Below, piece after piece: positions 20,215-29,413 of a DNA stretch of 64,000 nucleotides. The stretch's first letter is position 1, and each line of letters begins with the position of its first letter. The notes below the pieces were generated by a model that made no database searches, was not told the origin of the DNA, and saw only the letters and a list, made by a program, of their open reading frames with translations. This DNA is from an uncultured Candidatus Binatia bacterium. Its GTDB lineage: Bacteria > Desulfobacterota > Binatia > UBA9968 > JAJDTQ01. The stretch is from assembly GCA_965213675.1 (NCBI GenBank), contig OZ243916.1, forward strand, positions 2,720,001 through 2,784,000, read 5' to 3'. Made by a program: the position numbers and the translations under genes.

Positions 20215-21093
20215 ATGGGAGACTACAGCGAGATCCTGTACGAGAAGCGCGGCGCCGCGGGGTTGATCACGCTCAACCGGCCGCAGGTGATGAACGCCAT
20301 CAGCCCGACGGTGCAGGAGGAGATGTCCGCGGCGCTGGACGAGGCCGTGGGCGACCCCGAGGTGCGCGCCGTCATCATCACCGGCGCCGGGCGCGCCTTT
20401 TCCGCGGGCATGGATCAAGGCCCCAAACCCGGGCGGCGGCGCGACCTGCAATGGCCCTACGGCGTCCCCACGGGACAGGCCGCGTCGGACTGGATCGATT
20501 CGTGGCGCGGGCGCGAGGGCAACGAGTTCCTGCGGCTGTGGGAACTGGACAAGCCGGTGATCGGCGCCATCAACGGTTGGGCCATGGGCGCGGGTTCGTG
20601 GCTGGCGCTGTGCACCCACATCACCATCGCGTCGGAGCACGCCGTCTTCGCCCAGCCCGAGGTGCGCCACGGCTCCAACACCAGCTTCCTCTGGACCATG
20701 CTCGCCGGTGTCAAGAACTCGTTGCGCTACGGCTTGGTGGGGGATCACATCGACGCCCAGGAGGCGCTGCGCATCGGTCTCGTCATCAAGGTGGTGCCCC
20801 ACGAGCGGCTGCTGGACGAATGCCTGGAACTGGCGGAGCGCATCGCATTGGTGCCGCCCGAGACGGTGAAGATCAACCTGGCCATCGCCACCCTGGGCAT
20901 GGAGATGATGGGCCTGCGCGACGCCCTGATGCTCGACTCGCAGCTTTCGGCCCCAGCCCACGTGATGCTGCGCGAGGAGCACCGGCGCCCGCTCAACGAG
21001 GCGCGCGCGAAGAACATCCGCGAGTACCTGCAACTGCGCGACGGCCCGTTCCAGCCCGAGCCCTTCGGCCCGCGGTCGAAGCCCAGGGAGTAG
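20215..21093 (+). CDS. enoyl-CoA hydratase/isomerase family protein
   Basis: ITLNRP, FSAGMD, KPVIGAINGWAMG, FAQPEVR. Confidence 0.9.
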   Translation: MGDYSEILYEKRGAAGLITLNRPQVMNAISPTVQEEMSAALDEAVGDPEVRAVIITGAGRAFSAGMDQGPKPGRRRDLQWPYGVPTGQAASDWIDSWRGREGNEFLRLWELDKPVIGAINGWAMGAGSWLALCTHITIASEHAVFAQPEVRHGSNTSFLWTMLAGVKNSLRYGLVGDHIDAQEALRIGLVIKVVPHERLLDECLELAERIALVPPETVKINLAIATLGMEMMGLRDALMLDSQLSAPAHVMLREEHRRPLNEARAKNIREYLQLRDGPFQPEPFGPRSKPRE

Positions 21094-21226
21094 ACCGGCA
21101 AGGTCCGAGGCCATCCGGGCTGACGATGCGGCGCGCGGGCGGTTCGACCCTCCGCCAGCGCCACGGCATCCCCGGTGCGGGACCGCCGCGTCCGTCCGAA
21201 CGACACACGCTTGCAAGGAGAATCCC

Positions 21227-22105
21227 ATGTCCGCGTACCAGAACCTCCTCTATGAAAAGAAGCGCAGCGGCGCGCTCATCACCCTCAACCGCCCGGAACG
21301 GCGCAACGCCCTGAGCGAAGCGCTCCTGGCCGAACTCGACACGGCCCTGGCCGAGGCCAAGGACGACCCCGAGGTGCGGGGCGTCATCCTCACCGGCGCG
21401 GGCGACAGCTTCTCCAGCGGCGAGGACATGTCCGGGAACGGCGATCCGGAAACCGTCTGGCCCCAGGCTCTGCCCGAAGGCGTGCCGCTGTACAAGGAAT
21501 TCGACGAGGCGCGGGACAAGGACCGCGAGGAAATCCTGCGCCGGCGCCTCTATCGCTGGGAGTACCCCAAGCCCATCATCGGCGCGGTCAACGGCTGGTG
21601 CCTGGGCACCGCGTCGTGGCTGGCCCTCACCTGCCACCTGACCGTGGCCGCGGACGACGCTGTCTTCGGCCAGCCGCAAGTACGGCAGGCAGCCGGCACC
21701 GATTTCATCTGGGTGCTGCTGGCCGGCCCCAAGAACGCCCTGCGCTACGCCCTCACCGGCGACCATGTGGACGCCGCCGAAGCCCTGCGCATCGGACTGG
21801 TGAACCGGGTCGTCCCCAAGGAGGACCTCCTTGGCGAATGCTTCCGTATGGTCGAGCGCGTGGCCCTGGTGCCGCCCGAAACCGTCAAGATCAACCTCGC
21901 CATCGCCACCCAGGGATTGGAGATGATGGGCCTCCACAAGGCCTGGCTCCTCAACGCCGAACTGAGCGCCATGGCCCGTCTCTCCAAGCGCGAGGAGTTC
22001 AACAAGCGCCTGGAAGACGCCCGCAAGCAGGGCGGCCTGCGCGCCTTCTTCGAAGCCCGCGACAAACCGTTCCGACCCGAGCCCTTCGGGCCGTTTGCCA
22101 AGTGA
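21227..22105 (+). CDS. enoyl-CoA hydratase/isomerase family protein, tandem paralog
   Basis: ITLNRP, FSSGED, KPIIGAVNGWCLG, FGQPQVR. Confidence 0.9.
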   Translation: MSAYQNLLYEKKRSGALITLNRPERRNALSEALLAELDTALAEAKDDPEVRGVILTGAGDSFSSGEDMSGNGDPETVWPQALPEGVPLYKEFDEARDKDREEILRRRLYRWEYPKPIIGAVNGWCLGTASWLALTCHLTVAADDAVFGQPQVRQAAGTDFIWVLLAGPKNALRYALTGDHVDAAEALRIGLVNRVVPKEDLLGECFRMVERVALVPPETVKINLAIATQGLEMMGLHKAWLLNAELSAMARLSKREEFNKRLEDARKQGGLRAFFEARDKPFRPEPFGPFAK

Positions 22106-22152
22106 CAACGACCGAGCCAAAGCCACAGCCGCGACACCGTGAAGACCGACCC

Positions 22153-23007
22153 ATGCCGGGATTCGTAGCCGACCCGCCGTCGACATACGGAGGATCATGG
22201 ACCCTGGAGAAGTTGCAGATCCTCCGAGCGTATCTCAACGCCTATACGACGGCGCTCAAGAATCAGCCCTTTCGGCTGGTATACATCGATGCATTCGCTG
22301 GGACCGGATCCCTTAATCTTCCCGATCAGGATCCGGACTTCAGACAATTCCATGACGGTTCGGCTGCGATAGCGCTCGACGTTCAGGACAAACCGTTTGA
22401 CCGATTAATCTTCGTGGAACAGGATCGGGCTCGCTGCCAAGAACTGGCGAAGCTTCAAGACTCCCACGTTGCCAGAGACATCCGGATCGAAAATTCAGAA
22501 GCCAATCAGTACCTATGCTCACTTCAAGAGGATTGGCGTGAGTGGCGAGGGGTTCTGTTCCTCGATCCGTTTGCCACTCAAGTCGAGTGGTCGACGCTCA
22601 AGGAGATCGCTGCGCTACAAGCATTGGACACTTGGATCCTGTTCCCCGTGTCCGCAGTTGCCCGCATGCTTCCGAAGTCGAAGCGGCCTGACGACATTTC
22701 GAATCAATGGGCGCAACGATTGACCAGCGTGTTCGGCGATGAAGGATGGCGCGAACTGTATCGAGAGCCTTCACAACGGAACCTCTTCGGAACCGTACAG
22801 CACGAGCGAGATCCGGGCGTGGATGGACTACTTGGAATCTACAAGGCCAAACTGGCCAGTCTGTTCGGAGATCGGTTCCTCAAACAATCTCGATCTTTTT
22901 TGAACTCGAAGAAATCCACGTTGTTCGAGCTCTTGTTCTGCGTAGGCCATCCGAAAGGAACAGCTCCCGCCAAGCGTATCGCAGGGCATATCCTGGAACA
23001 TCTTTAG
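22153..23007 (+). CDS. tcmP: three-Cys-motif partner protein (SAM-MTase-like)
   Basis: [22 protein letters not shown]; adjacent to DUF5131. Confidence 0.85.
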   Translation: MPGFVADPPSTYGGSWTLEKLQILRAYLNAYTTALKNQPFRLVYIDAFAGTGSLNLPDQDPDFRQFHDGSAAIALDVQDKPFDRLIFVEQDRARCQELAKLQDSHVARDIRIENSEANQYLCSLQEDWREWRGVLFLDPFATQVEWSTLKEIAALQALDTWILFPVSAVARMLPKSKRPDDISNQWAQRLTSVFGDEGWRELYREPSQRNLFGTVQHERDPGVDGLLGIYKAKLASLFGDRFLKQSRSFLNSKKSTLFELLFCVGHPKGTAPAKRIAGHILEHL

Positions 23008-23009
23008 GC

Positions 23010-23738
23010 ATGGCTTCTCGCTCCGCCATCGAATGGACTGAGATCACCTGGAATCCGGTAACCGGGTGCACGAAGATCAGTCCTGGCTGCAAACACTGCT
23101 ACGCGGAGCGTATGTCCAGGCGGCTGCAAGCCATGGGGGCGCACAAATACCGAGAGGGCTTCAAGGTAACCGTCCACCCGCGTACGTTGGAGGAGCCCGC
23201 GAATTGGCGTCGGCCGCATCTTGTTTTTGTCAACTCCATGTCGGACCTTTTCCACAAATCGGTCCCGGCCGAGTTCATCGGTGCGGTGTTCGATGCTATG
23301 AACCGCTCGCCTCAACACACCTTCCAGGTGCTCACCAAGCGACCCGGGCGGGTCTTACAACTAAAGAACCGGCTGTCATGGACGCCGAATATCTGGCTCG
23401 GAACGAGTATCGAGTCGGTACGGTGGTTGGACAGGTTGGAGCGACTCAGGGAAACCAGTGCTTTGGTCAAATTTCTATCGCTGGAACCCCTGCTTGGACC
23501 ACTAACGGGCATGCCCCTTGATGGCATCGACTGGGTGATTGTCGGCGGCGAATCGGGACCGAGGGCACGACCGATGGAAGCCGACTGGATACGGGAAATC
23601 CGCGACAACTGCCTACAGAACAAGGTGCCATTCTTTTTCAAACAATGGGGCGGGGTATTCAAGAAGAGAACCGGAAGAACCCTGGACAACCAAGTGTGGG
23701 ATCAGATGCCCAACGTGGGGAGTTCCAGGCCAACCTGA
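23010..23738 (+). CDS. DUF5131 / phage Gp37-Gp68 family protein (radical-SAM-like)
   Basis: [51 protein letters not shown]. Confidence 0.92.
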   Translation: MASRSAIEWTEITWNPVTGCTKISPGCKHCYAERMSRRLQAMGAHKYREGFKVTVHPRTLEEPANWRRPHLVFVNSMSDLFHKSVPAEFIGAVFDAMNRSPQHTFQVLTKRPGRVLQLKNRLSWTPNIWLGTSIESVRWLDRLERLRETSALVKFLSLEPLLGPLTGMPLDGIDWVIVGGESGPRARPMEADWIREIRDNCLQNKVPFFFKQWGGVFKKRTGRTLDNQVWDQMPNVGSSRPT

Positions 23739-23747
23739 AACCGCCGG

Positions 23748-26147
23748 CTACTTGATCGCCTCCGCTTCCTCCAATGCGGCGACCTCCTCTTCCGACAACC
23801 CCAGCACCTCGCCTAGCACGTAAGCGTTGTGGGCGCCGATCCAGGGCGCGGGGCGGGCGGCGCTGGCTTGGGAGCGGGAGGGGATGCCGGGGAGACCGTG
23901 GTGGGCGACGTGGCCCCAGGGGGGCTCGTCGATCTCGACGATGTGGCCGCGCTCGCGCAGGTGGGGGTCGTAGTAGAGGTCCTCGCCGGACATGGGGATG
24001 CCGGCGGCGACGCCGGCCTGCTGGAGGCGGCGGAAGGCCTGGCGGGCGGTCTGGGTGCGGGTCCAGCCCGTGAGCTTTTCATCCAACTCGTCGCGGTGCT
24101 GGCGGCGTCCGTTCCTCGTGGCGAAGCGCGCGTCGTCGGCCCATGAGCCCGCGCCGACGATCCGGGCCACGGCCTGCCATTCTTCGTCGGTCTCGCAGGC
24201 GATGATGATCCAATCGTCGTTGCCGGCGCAGGGGTAGCAGCCGTAGGGGGCGTAGGGCTCCCCGAGTATTTCCCGGTAGCCCAGGGTGTCCCACTCGGCG
24301 CCGTTGACCGTGTAGTCGAGGATCGCCGGGCCCAGCATGGCGCCTTGGGCTTCGAGCATCGAGGCCTCGATGAACTGGCCTTCCCCCGTGCGCTCCTGGT
24401 GCTCCACCGCCGCGGCCACGCCCAAGGTCATGGTGATGGCGCCGACCCGGTCCGGCCAAGCGATCTTGCAGCGCGCGCGCATGGGCGACTCGGGATAGCC
24501 CCACAGGCGCATGAGTCCGGTGTAGGCCAGGAGTTGCCAGCCCCAAGCCACCCATGACTTGAGCGGCCCCTCCCGGCCCCAGCCCGGCATGGACACCTGA
24601 ATGATGCCCGGGTTCACCTTGCGCAGCGACTCGTAGTCGAAGCCGAGCCGCTCCATGACCCCCACGCTGAAGTTCTCCACCACGACTTGCGACCGTTCCA
24701 CGAGACCGCGGAACAGTTCCTTGCCTTGGTCGTGGCGCAGGTTCAGGGTCACGCCGAGCTTGGCCCGGTTCATGTCGGCGTGGGTGGCGGCGGCGCGGCC
24801 CCGGGCCGCCACGGTGTGGGATTCGATCTTGAGCACCTCCGCGCCGTAGTAACCCAGGATTTCGGTCCCAAGAGGGCCGGCGAACTGCTGCGTCAGGTCG
24901 GCCATGCGGAGCCCTGAGAGCATGCCGTCGGTGGGCGCGGCCTGTCCCCCGGCCGCGGCGGCGGTGTTCCCCTGGTTCAACTCGGCCAGCACCTCGTGAC
25001 GGTGCTGATCCAGAAGCGGCGCCGGGCGGTACACCCGCATGGGGGTGCGCGACAGGCGCATGGGGAAGCCGGGGGCGCGGTAGCGGCCGACCACCGGATG
25101 CTCGATTTCCTCCAGCCAGTGGCGCGCGGTCAACTGTTCGCCGTCGACGAACTCGCCCACGGTGTTGAGCGGAGCGGCGGAAAGGTGGCGGCGCTGGGCC
25201 TCGGCCACGAATTCGCCCGCGGTGAAGCCGCTGATGAACTCCGCCACCACCGCGGAGGCCTCGTCGCTGCGGGAGTCGCGGTAGGCCGTGTCCTCCCATT
25301 GAGGTTCGGCCAGGATCGTGCCGGGCATCCAGTTCTGCGTCAGTTCGCGCCACATGTGCGGCAGGTTGGCGGTGAAGTGGACGTAGCGTCCGTCCTTGCA
25401 GCGGTAGATGTTGGTCACCGCGCCGCCGTAGGTCCTGGCGCCGGGCCGGCGGCCCATGCGGTTCTCCAGGGTGTAGCGCGCGATGGAGCTGCTGTTGGTG
25501 AAGGTCAGGGCCTCCTGAAGCGACAGGTCGATGCGCTGGCCCGCGCCGCTGCGGCGGCGGTGGCGCGCGCCGGCCACCGCCAGGGTGGCGGCCACGCATC
25601 CGGCTATCTGATAGGCCGAGTGGGAGGGCGCGGTGCACGGACCGCGCTGATCGTCACCCTGGCCGTAGAGAAAGCCGCCGGCGCCGTTGGTGACGGCGTC
25701 GCTGGTCTTGTAGTGACGGTATGGGCCGGTGCGGCCGAAGGGAGTCATGGACACCGTCACCAACGTCGGATGGTTTTCTTCAAGCCACGCGCCGGTGAAT
25801 CCTCGTTCTTCGAGAAAGCCGGGCGGGGTGGCCTCGATGAACACGTCCGCGGAAAGCAGCAGCCGCGTGAACGCGTCCCGGTCCTCCGTAGCGGCGAGAT
25901 CCAGCGCCAGGCTGCGCTTGTTGGTGTTGGCGTGGAGGAAGGTCAGGCTCCGCTCGGGGTCCGCCACGCCCCCGGCGAAGGGCGGAAGCCGGCGCTCGGG
26001 CGCGCCTTCCGGCGGCTCCACCTTGATGACGTCGGCGCCCAGATCGCCGAGCAGCCGTCCCGCATAGGCCGCCGGCACGTCGCCCAGTTCCACGACGCGC
26101 AGGTGCGCCAGTGCGGCGGGCGCCTGTTGGCTGTGTGGCTCGACCAT
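23748..26147 (-). CDS. CoA-transferase family III, two fused CaiB/BaiF domains
   Basis: LGADVIKVEPP, NKRSLALDL; second domain GAEVLKIE, VVENFS. Confidence 0.92.
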   Translation of the reverse strand: MVEPHSQQAPAALAHLRVVELGDVPAAYAGRLLGDLGADVIKVEPPEGAPERRLPPFAGGVADPERSLTFLHANTNKRSLALDLAATEDRDAFTRLLLSADVFIEATPPGFLEERGFTGAWLEENHPTLVTVSMTPFGRTGPYRHYKTSDAVTNGAGGFLYGQGDDQRGPCTAPSHSAYQIAGCVAATLAVAGARHRRRSGAGQRIDLSLQEALTFTNSSSIARYTLENRMGRRPGARTYGGAVTNIYRCKDGRYVHFTANLPHMWRELTQNWMPGTILAEPQWEDTAYRDSRSDEASAVVAEFISGFTAGEFVAEAQRRHLSAAPLNTVGEFVDGEQLTARHWLEEIEHPVVGRYRAPGFPMRLSRTPMRVYRPAPLLDQHRHEVLAELNQGNTAAAAGGQAAPTDGMLSGLRMADLTQQFAGPLGTEILGYYGAEVLKIESHTVAARGRAAATHADMNRAKLGVTLNLRHDQGKELFRGLVERSQVVVENFSVGVMERLGFDYESLRKVNPGIIQVSMPGWGREGPLKSWVAWGWQLLAYTGLMRLWGYPESPMRARCKIAWPDRVGAITMTLGVAAAVEHQERTGEGQFIEASMLEAQGAMLGPAILDYTVNGAEWDTLGYREILGEPYAPYGCYPCAGNDDWIIIACETDEEWQAVARIVGAGSWADDARFATRNGRRQHRDELDEKLTGWTRTQTARQAFRRLQQAGVAAGIPMSGEDLYYDPHLRERGHIVEIDEPPWGHVAHHGLPGIPSRSQASAARPAPWIGAHNAYVLGEVLGLSEEEVAALEEAEAIK

Positions 26148-26180
26148 GGCCGCGTGGCGAGGTTCAGCGCGATGACCGCG

Positions 26181-27302
26181 CTACACCTGCGGTTCGAGGA
26201 TCTCCAGTCCGTCGAGTCGGTCTATGATGTACAGGAGCCCATTCTCGTCCTGGAAGACATCGTTGCTCTGGACGGTGTTCTGTCCCTTGCCGGGCTCGGG
26301 CACGTAGTAGCCCACCTCCTTCGGCCGATAGGGATTGGACACATCCACCGCGCGCAGGCCGCCGCTGAACCAGGTGACGTAGAGCACATTGCCGTGCACC
26401 TGCTCGTTGGGCTGGTGCGCGCCATAGCGGTCGGTGGGCTCGCCGTCGCGCTCCGGCATGAAGGTCGAAATGGGCACCGGATGTGCCTCGTCGGAGATGT
26501 CCACCACCCACATGAAGGCGTAGGGCAGCGGCGCCGCCTTCTGCGCCTCCTCGTCCGTGACCACCAGGACATCGCGTCCCATGAGCTTCTGGGGCATGGG
26601 CAGGGTGGTGTGCGTGGGCGCGGGGTACGGGGGGCTCCAATCGAGATGGCTCACGAACTTCGGCTGGCTCATGTCGGAGATGTCCAGGATCACGAAGCCG
26701 CCGTGCCAGTAACTCACGTAGAGACGGTCGCCCCGGCGGATGGGATGATGACAGCGATGCATCGTGCCGGGCCACGTGGGCTCCTCGCCGCCGGCGACCC
26801 ACTGTCCCGGCATATGCCAGCGGCCCACTTCCTGGGGATCGGCAGGGTCGGCCAGGTCCAGGATCATGCAGATGTTGCCTACGTATCCTTCCATGACCGG
26901 GGAGAAGTAGGCGTAGTGGCCGTCGAAGGTGAAGCGGTGGACGCCCTTGGCCGCGGCCTTGAAAAACGACACCTCGCGCGGATTGGACGGGTCCGACACG
27001 TCGAACACCTTGAGGCCGCCCTGGGCATCCTGGTTGTTCTCGTAGCGCTCGTAGTTGACGATCATCACGCCGTCCTTGACCGCGGCCTTGTGCGAGTGAA
27101 TGCCCGGCGGCACGTCGAGCCGCGCCACCAGTCTGGGATTCTTGGGATCGCGGACGTCGATGACGGAAGTCCCTTGCGGCGGATCCATGTGACCCACGTA
27201 GGCGAACCCCTTGTCCACCTCGACCTTGCCGCCACCGGGCAGGTCCATGCGCCCCACCAACTTGATTCCGCTGGCCGTTCCGAATCCGTTGCCTGTCGCC
27301 AT
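26181..27302 (-). CDS. LVIVD-repeat beta-propeller protein
   Basis: repeated VIDVRDP/VFDVSDP/ILDISD/AVDVSNP units; start after AGGAG. Confidence 0.88.
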   Translation of the reverse strand: MATGNGFGTASGIKLVGRMDLPGGGKVEVDKGFAYVGHMDPPQGTSVIDVRDPKNPRLVARLDVPPGIHSHKAAVKDGVMIVNYERYENNQDAQGGLKVFDVSDPSNPREVSFFKAAAKGVHRFTFDGHYAYFSPVMEGYVGNICMILDLADPADPQEVGRWHMPGQWVAGGEEPTWPGTMHRCHHPIRRGDRLYVSYWHGGFVILDISDMSQPKFVSHLDWSPPYPAPTHTTLPMPQKLMGRDVLVVTDEEAQKAAPLPYAFMWVVDISDEAHPVPISTFMPERDGEPTDRYGAHQPNEQVHGNVLYVTWFSGGLRAVDVSNPYRPKEVGYYVPEPGKGQNTVQSNDVFQDENGLLYIIDRLDGLEILEPQV

Positions 27303-27447
27303 GTCCTGGTCTCCTTTCGCGCTCGCATCCGCGCCTGCCGGGTCATGGCCTACATGCACCATTCGCGGGGCAATGGCAATACGCCATCCCCACGGAACAG
27401 ACGGTGTCCACTCCCTCGTGATGGCGACTCGCACGAACGCCCCGAAA

Positions 27448-27620
27448 CATCATTCCCGCGGGAACGTGCCCTGGATCAGGGTCGAGGGCACGCTTTTGCG
27501 GGAATGACGGAGTCGGGCGCTGGACTTTTGAAGAGGGTTGGGGCCAAAGCGAAGCGAGCCGCGAGGCACTCAGGCCCCGCGGCTCGCGGGTTTGGCGAGG
27601 GGCGACCGCGGGTCGCCCCT
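27448..27620. repeat. repeat cluster: GTCATTCCCGC-family unit plus GGGGCGACC..GGTCGCCCCT REP-like hairpin
   Basis: CATTCCCGCG...GTCGAGGGCA...GCGGGAATGACG; AGGGGCGACCGCGGGTCGCCCCT. Confidence 0.7.
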
Positions 27621-27660
27621 GCGGGAAATTGTCCGGTCACAGATTCCGCGGCGCAAGCCC

Positions 27661-27933
27661 CTAACGCCGGCCGAAGTCGCGGCGCTGGGGCCGGGCCTCG
27701 TTCACCGTGATGGTGCGTCCGCCGAGATCGGTCTCGTTGAGGGCGTTGACCGCTGCCTCTGCCTCGTCCGGGTTCGCCATCTCCACGAAACCGAAGCCAC
27801 GCGACCGGCCCGTGAACTTGTCGATGATCACCTGAGCGGATTCGACCGTGCCGTGTGTCGAGAAGATTTCTTCAAGCTGCATGTCCGTCGTCGAGTACGG
27901 CAACCCGCCGACATAGAGTCTCCTGCCTTCCAT
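27661..27933 (-). CDS. RNA-binding protein (single RRM)
   Basis: LYVGGL RNP2, RGFGFVEM RNP1; GGAGG RBS. Confidence 0.95.
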   Translation of the reverse strand: MEGRRLYVGGLPYSTTDMQLEEIFSTHGTVESAQVIIDKFTGRSRGFGFVEMANPDEAEAAVNALNETDLGGRTITVNEARPQRRDFGRR

Positions 27934-28081
27934 TTGTTCCCCTCCTGGATACGTTATGGCCGTACACCCTGGGCGCTGACCTCGAAGGAGTCGAACAGAG
28001 GGAAGATTTCGTTCTGAACCACGATCTCGGTCGGTTCGCAAGGTGAGACTTACGATGGTCTGTCCCCCGTGGGACTGACCC

Positions 28082-28110
28082 ATCCTAGCCCGCCGGTCAA
28101 CCACCGTCAA
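28082..28110 (-). promoter_or_regulatory. sigma70 promoter for the RRM gene
   Basis: TTGACG-17 nt-TAGGAT on the minus strand. Confidence 0.6.
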
Positions 28111-28213
28111 GCGTACCGCCAAGGCGGTTCAGGCAGCCGTGCCCGGAAAGTCCGCCCGCGGCGGAGCCTCGGAACCTCCTTCGGAAAGGCTCCGCCCGCG
28201 GAACGCATCCGAA

Positions 28214-29242
28214 TCAGAGATTGTAGAACCTGCGCGCATTGTCGCCGAGGATCGCTTCCTTCTGCGCGTCCGTGAGCTCGTCCCGTTCGAGGATCTCGTC
28301 GATCTCCTCCATACAGTTGTCCATGGTGATCTCGTGCGGGAAGTCGGAGCAGAACATGAAGATATCGTGCCCCACCCGGTTGACACAGTAGGCAAGCACG
28401 TCCTCGTTGCCCTCGCAGCCGACGAAGACCCGGCCGCCACGGAAGTAATCGATGGGGTCCCGTTTGAGCTTGAGGCCGCCGTACTCCGCCTCCCGGTTCA
28501 ACCGGTCGAGCACCAGCGGGATCCACGCCGTGCCTCCCTCAAGAAAGCCCACGCGCAAATCCGGGAACCGGTCGAAGATGCCTTCCGACATCATCCCGGT
28601 CATGTGAATGGCGAGCGGGAAGGGCATGCCCAGCGCGCGGGTGGCCGGGAACACCTTGAACGAGTTGAAGCCGAGGTCGCCGTAACATCCGCCGTGGACC
28701 GCGAGGGCGCAACCAAGCTTCTCCGCCTCCTCGTAGAGCGGCCAGAACTGGTCCGACCCGAAGTGCCGGTCGAGACCGTTGGACGGAAGCATGGCGCATA
28801 CCATCCCCAGGTCCTTGACCGCCCGGCGCAACTCTTCCACCGCCGCGGGCACGTCCTGCACCGGAATGAGGGCCACCCCCTTGAAGCGGTCGCTGACCTT
28901 CAGGTACTTCTCCGACAGCCAGTCGTTGTAGGCGCGCGCATACGCCGCCGCCCATTCGGGGAAGTGTACCTGGCCGTAGGAAAGACCTGCCGTGGGATAG
29001 AGCACCGAGGCCTCGATCCCGGTCTTCTTGAGGAACTCGAGCCAGCGTTCGGGTCCCACCGAAGCATCGAAGATCCCTTCCGGCTCGATGTGCCGGCTCC
29101 GCGGCGTGTGGAAATTGTCGAGGCTCGGCAGCATCTGACGGAAGCTCAGGCGGCCGCGGCCCAGGTACTCCTGATCGATGTGCTCGTTGATCTCGTTCTC
29201 ACGCTCCATGATATGCCCGTCGGCATCGATGTATGCACCCAT
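28214..29242 (-). CDS. amidohydrolase_2 family protein
   Basis: DADGH, LEGGTAW, FCSDFPH. Confidence 0.9.
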   Translation of the reverse strand: MGAYIDADGHIMERENEINEHIDQEYLGRGRLSFRQMLPSLDNFHTPRSRHIEPEGIFDASVGPERWLEFLKKTGIEASVLYPTAGLSYGQVHFPEWAAAYARAYNDWLSEKYLKVSDRFKGVALIPVQDVPAAVEELRRAVKDLGMVCAMLPSNGLDRHFGSDQFWPLYEEAEKLGCALAVHGGCYGDLGFNSFKVFPATRALGMPFPLAIHMTGMMSEGIFDRFPDLRVGFLEGGTAWIPLVLDRLNREAEYGGLKLKRDPIDYFRGGRVFVGCEGNEDVLAYCVNRVGHDIFMFCSDFPHEITMDNCMEEIDEILERDELTDAQKEAILGDNARRFYNL

Positions 29243-29413
29243 CGGCTCTCCCCCTTTCGGTATTTCCTGAAGAACTGCGTTGTGACGCACCGCACCAGAT
29301 TATTCGTTCGTCATTTCCCCTGTCAACGGGTATCGTGCCGGCCCCCTCGACCTCCCGGCCGCGCACCCATCCGCGTTGACGCCCCCTGCCGGGAACCGTA
29401 GACTGCCGGCTTC

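Noticed and set aside
19109-23738. Prophage (CI-like repressor + Gp37/68)
   Set aside because: No integrase, replication or structural genes; metabolic genes intervene.
24996-27710. 904-aa + strand ORF and similar long antisense ORFs (15004-16860, 59401-61506)
   Set aside because: These are antisense shadows of real high-GC genes and carry no motifs.
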